A stretch of 57,527 nt of DNA, from positions 1 through 57,527 of the forward strand of contig CAMMMH010000006.1 in the NCBI GenBank assembly GCA_946497955.1, written 5' to 3'. Made by a program: the position numbers and the translations under genes. Below are positions 57,459 through 57,527 of this stretch, piece after piece (position 1 is the first letter of the stretch; each line of letters starts with the position of its first letter). This DNA comes from an uncultured Mycoplasmatota bacterium. GTDB lineage: Bacteria; Bacillota_I; Bacilli_A; RF39; UBA660. The notes beneath the pieces were generated by a model that saw only the letters and a program-made list of their open reading frames with translations, was not told where the DNA came from and ran no database searches.

Positions 57459-57527
57459 AAGAAGGCAGCTAGCAATGTTATTAACTTAAGAAAAATTAAG
57501 ATAAAGGATTTAATCTTTTGTCTTTTT

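Noticed and set aside
1-57527. CRISPR array or long tandem repeat array
   Set aside because: No regularly spaced repeats and no cas genes seen.

Overview
Low-GC Firmicutes (Bacilli-like) chromosomal window in four parts. (1) 1 to ~15758 is one end of an integrative conjugative element (ICE), all on the minus strand. It carries parA, parB, a membrane protein, a thioester-domain/CnaB adhesin with its sortase, a 2457-aa ArdC-N/N6-methyltransferase/SNF2 (DarB-like) protein, two XRE regulators, DUF3848 and a partial DUF3991/Toprim gene. A complete TnpV-family gene with its own RBS is overprinted in the +1 frame inside the giant helicase gene. The element appears to have inserted into codon ~10 of a gene whose stub and synteny (rplS-lepB) suggest rbgA. 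(2) ~16-35.8 kb is mostly housekeeping: rhuM, lepB, rplS with an L19 leader, two M16 peptidases, deoD, a decayed IS66, a frameshifted Zn-dehydrogenase, LMW-PTP, SWIM-SNF2, a helicase IV-like gene, a MerR-type-promoter CMD/cupin/DUF362 operon, cutA and metK. (3) ~35.9-54.9 kb is a co-oriented defence island downstream of tRNA-His. It holds a SEC-C protein, Wadjet type II (jetABCD), a GmrSD-like DUF262-DUF1524 protein, a 938-aa atypical RelA/SpoT-domain protein, a DUF3883 nuclease with a C5 methyltransferase, a small unknown gene and Fic. (4) The end holds tRNA-His, an intact IS with 20-bp TIRs and an 8-bp TSD, and a CIRCE-controlled hsp20. All family calls come from motif recognition by eye; no database searches were run.
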